From the NCBI GenBank assembly GCA_017654855.1, contig CM030335.1, positions 1,984,001 to 2,048,000 of the forward strand: a stretch of DNA of 64,000 nucleotides, given 5' to 3'. A model generated the notes under the pieces. It saw only the letters and a program-made list of their open reading frames with translations, was not told where the DNA came from and did no database searches. The DNA comes from Podospora anserina. Its lineage: Eukaryota. Below are positions 60,706-64,000 of the stretch, in pieces; position 1 is the stretch's first letter; each line of letters opens with the position of its first letter. The translations under genes were made by a program, and so were the position numbers.

Positions 60706-62640
60706 TCAGCTCCTAAACAACTTCAACCCCGCCTCCTCAAGGCTAACACCACCCATCTCCTCGTCGTCGTCCTCCTCTTCTTCCTTGTCATCCTCCTCCT
60801 TGAGTGCAAGCTTTTGCCCAAACAGTGCCCCAAACAACCGATCAATAGCATGCTCTTCCCATTGTCTCCTGTCCTCGGGCGCCATGAAGTTTTGGAGCTT
60901 CTCATGCACTGTATACCGCAGCTTTCTCCCCTTGCTAGCCTTTCTATCCACCTGCTTCCGTACCTTGGCCTCCTTCAAGGCAGCCCATCTCACAGTAGTG
61001 ACCGACTCTCCTGGAGCACCAGTGTCCGTAGAGCGCTGGTCAACCAACTCCTTGAGCAGCAATTGGTAAAAGTCGGCATCGTCGTAGATCTCGACGTCTT
61101 CTTCCACCTTCTTGGCGGCTTGGGCAGGAGCGCAGGAGCGGGGGATACGGGCGCGCTTGACAAGACGATCTGAGGAGACAAGCTGACTGTCGAGGGCGGA
61201 AAGAAGAGTTTGAGATTCGTTCTTGACGAGGTTGCGGGTTGCGGCGCCGGTGGTCGTGTTCTTCTTGACTCTTTCGGACCACTTCTCTAGGACCTTGCGT
61301 CTGTGAGCAAGGGCGACTTCCTCGGTGGCAAGCATATTCTCCCATATCTCTTGGCTGGAAGTGTCGACATCGATGGTATCCCTCTTTCTCTTCTCGCCAA
61401 CCTTGGCACGGGCCTGTTCGGGCAGGAAGCTGGTGCGGACACTATCGATTGTATTCCAGAGCTTGACAGCGGCCTCCTCGGCTGCTTGGTACGGCTTGTT
61501 GGAGATTTCTTGGTTGTTTTCCACCTCGTTGAAGGTGTTGGAGGCAACCAGAGCTTTTTGGAGGCGAATGCGGAGGTTGAGGATGGAGTCAAAGGCGCGG
61601 CGCTGGACGCGGACGGCCATCCCCTTGTCAGCGTCTGCTTTGGCAGCCTGGGACATGGCAGAGACAATGGACTTTTTGTCTTCCTTGAGGGCTTCGCGAA
61701 GCTTGGAACTGTCGGGGTCTTCGTTGAACTTTTTGTCGTTCTTGAGGGCCCTGCGGAAGTCGTCTTGGTCGTCGTCGTCGTCCTCCTCCTCCTCCTCATC
61801 TTCATCCTCGTCGTCATTGCCCTCCTCACCCTCTTCGCTATCCTCCTCTGAGTCGTCAGACCCCTCTCCCGCCTCCAAGTCAAACATCTCGTTTCCATCC
61901 GCCACCGAGTCGTATTCCTCAGAGTCATATTCCTCAGAGTCCTCCTCTTCATCTTCCTCCTCAGAGTCCTCATCTTCTTCCTCGCCTTCATCCTCCTCAC
62001 CCGAAGAAGTCATGAAATCAGCAGCCGTCGGCCTTTTGGAAATCCTCCCCTTGGTCTTCAGCTCCTCTTTCGCCTTCCCATTCGCCTTCGCCTTCTCTAA
62101 CTTAGGCTTAGAGCTAGCACGGAAGACATAGTCCCTGAATCTTTCCTCATCACTTTCGCCAAGCGCATTGTCGCTATCAATCTCGAAGTCGTCGTCAAAG
62201 TTCTGATCGCGCTCGAGGTCGGCCATGGAGGGATCGTCAAACTCTTCTTCCTCTTCATCCTCTTCATCCTCTTCATCCTCTTCATCCTCTTCATCCTCTT
62301 CATCATCATACTCATCACTACTCTGTTCTAGCGCCGCTCGACTCACCCGCGCGCCGCGGTATTCAGGGCCGAGCTTGATGCCTTCTTTCTCGCGGAGTTT
62401 GCTCTTGCTATTCCATAACCACCGTCAGCATTTGCGCAGCCAAACACTCGCTTTCCAATTAACATACCCGACAGCAACATAGTGTTCCGTCCCCGCCAGC
62501 TCATCCTCCGACTCGTCGCTCCCACTGCGCTCATCTTCGGATTGAGGCTCGTTCTCAATGTCGAAATCCCTTGCGATAACCTTCTCGTCGAACTGCGCGA
62601 ACCGCTTCGAGGGCTTTACTTTCTTTGCTACTGGCGCCAT
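60706..62640 (-). CDS. BFR2: Bfr2/AATF nucleolar 90S pre-ribosome factor; intron 62408-62467
   Basis: EHYVAVGKSKLR, LNLRIRLQKAL, IYDDADFYQLLLKELVD, VDRKASKGRKLRYTVHEKLQNFMAP. Confidence 0.93.
62251..62305 (-). repeat. 9-bp coding tandem repeat (EED)n in BFR2
   Basis: ctcttcatc repeated about six times on the plus strand. Confidence 0.85.
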
Positions 62641-63027
62641 TGTTTGCTGATTGGTAGGCACACTGCTTGCTACCTGGGAAAAAGTTGCAGCTTTTGGGGA
62701 TCCTGAATCTGCAATGCGCAAGCAAAGCATCCACTTGCAAGTAAATTTTTGGTAGAGCGGATCGAGGATATTTTGGCGGTGGAAAAGGGCAGAATTTGCT
62801 GCATGTAGGGGAGTGGGGTCACTATGTGGAGGTTACTGTGCACGCACTGGGAAGAGGTGCAGGGGTGAGAGCTCTTGGTCTGAGCATTTGGTTGATGTAG
62901 GTAAATTCGTATGAGAACAACATGATGGGTATCACGACATAATTTTGGCGACTTATTATTTAAAATTCTTCAAAAATCATCAGTCGAACCCGCCATGATA
63001 ACGACATAACTTCCAAAACCTTTGACA

Positions 63028-64000
63028 ATGCCAACAAAACTCCCCCCTTCGACCCTGTTGGTCCCCAGGAGGTTCTTCTCATCAACCACGCCAAAACATA
63101 GCCATGAGAACCCTCTTGTAAGTCAACCCTCAAGCCAAACCACACCTCCCCCCTCTCTCTTCACCATCCCACTAACAAACTCCCAGGGCCTCCCCCAAAA
63201 AGGCACCATCCCCCGCTTCCAACGCGGCCTCCCAGCCAAACGCCCCATCCCCTCCGTCGCCCACATCATCGCCATCTCCTCCGCCAAAGGCGGCGTAGGC
63301 AAATCCACCATCGCAGCCAACCTCTCCCTCGCCTTCACCCGCCTAGGCCACCGCACCGGCCTCCTCGACACCGACCTCTTCGGCCCCTCCGTACCAACCC
63401 TCTTCTCCCTCAACTCCCCCCCGAACCTCACCCCCAAAAACCAGCTCATCCCCCTGACCAACTACGGCGTCAAGACAATGTCAATAGGGTACCTCATCGG
63501 CTCCGAATCCGCCCCCATCGTCTGGCGAGGACCCATGCTTCTAAAGGCTATACAACAACTCCTACACGACGTGGACTGGTCGCCTGGGTTGGATGTTTTA
63601 GTTCTTGACCTGCCGCCTGGGACGGGTGATGTTCAATTGTCGATCACGCAGCAGATACCACTATCGGGGGCGGTCATCGTCACGACGCCGCACACGCTGG
63701 CTGTCAAGGACGCTGTGAAGGGGGTGGAGATGTTTGAAAAGGTGGATGTACCTGTTTTGGGGTTGGTGCAGAATATGAGTTTGTTTACTTGTCCCTGTTG
63801 CAGCACAAAGACACCTGTGTTTGGGGGGACGGAGGGGGTGAAGAAGATGTGTGAGGATTATGGTATGGAGTTTTTGGGGGATGTACCGCTCCATCCTAAT
63901 ATCGGGGAGGATGCGAGCAGAGGGAAGCCGACGGTGGTGGCGGAGCCGGAGTCGGAGAGGGCGGGGGTGTTTATGGATGTTGCGAGAAGGTTGGGGGAGA
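63028..64000 (+). CDS. IND1: Mitochondrial Mrp/Nbp35-family P-loop ATPase Ind1 (complex I Fe-S assembly), 3' truncated by window; intron 63118-63186
   Basis: Presequence-like N-terminus, SSAKGGVGKST, LDTDLFGPSVP, VWRGPM, DLPPGTGDVQL, QNMSLFTCPCC; absent from the ORF track because the long exon reaches the window end with no stop. Confidence 0.92.
   Translation, partial: MPTKLPPSTLLVPRRFFSSTTPKHSHENPLVSQPSSQTTPPPSLFTIPLTNSQGLPQKGTIPRFQRGLPAKRPIPSVAHIIAISSAKGGVGKSTIAANLSLAFTRLGHRTGLLDTDLFGPSVPTLFSLNSPPNLTPKNQLIPLTNYGVKTMSIGYLIGSESAPIVWRGPMLLKAIQQLLHDVDWSPGLDVLVLDLPPGTGDVQLSITQQIPLSGAVIVTTPHTLAVKDAVKGVEMFEKVDVPVLGLVQNMSLFTCPCCSTKTPVFGGTEGVKKMCEDYGMEFLGDVPLHPNIGEDASRGKPTVVAEPESERAGVFMDVARRLGE

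Overview
Gene-dense, intron-containing genomic DNA from a filamentous ascomycete (Sordariales; gene style and G/C tracts resemble Podospora, which is my inference). I built about 23 protein-coding gene models by hand from splice signals: CNNM/Mam3-like (5' partial), glyoxalase I, type I phosphoglycerate dehydrogenase, a large coiled-coil protein, an Rgt1-like Zn2Cys6 factor, a small Cys-rich protein, Rad4/XPC, a SET protein, a P450, an F-box protein, FBP1, peroxisomal thiolase, Tco89-like, a USP-domain protein, mitochondrial uS7, a 97-aa stand-alone dsRBD protein, an NMO/FabK-family flavoprotein with PTS1, PEX11, a type III PKS, two overlapping membrane-protein ORFs, SPF30, BFR2 and Ind1 (3' partial). 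There is also one intron-containing tRNA-Leu(AAG). Best candidate for an undescribed system: an apparently bicistronic locus at 55587-58020, where a weak-context ATG is followed by 526 nt with no ATG in any frame and then a strong-context ATG opening a +1 overlapping ORF, as expected for leaky scanning. Other notable items are a tRNA-like Pol III element with a non-pairing anticodon arm, a 21-bp-periodic foldback repeat in two copies, a possible fatty-acid-responsive NMO-PEX11-PKSIII trio, a dual-start glyoxalase I, and two same-sense frameshifts in matching G-runs (probably assembly errors). No database searches were run; product calls rest on motif recognition.
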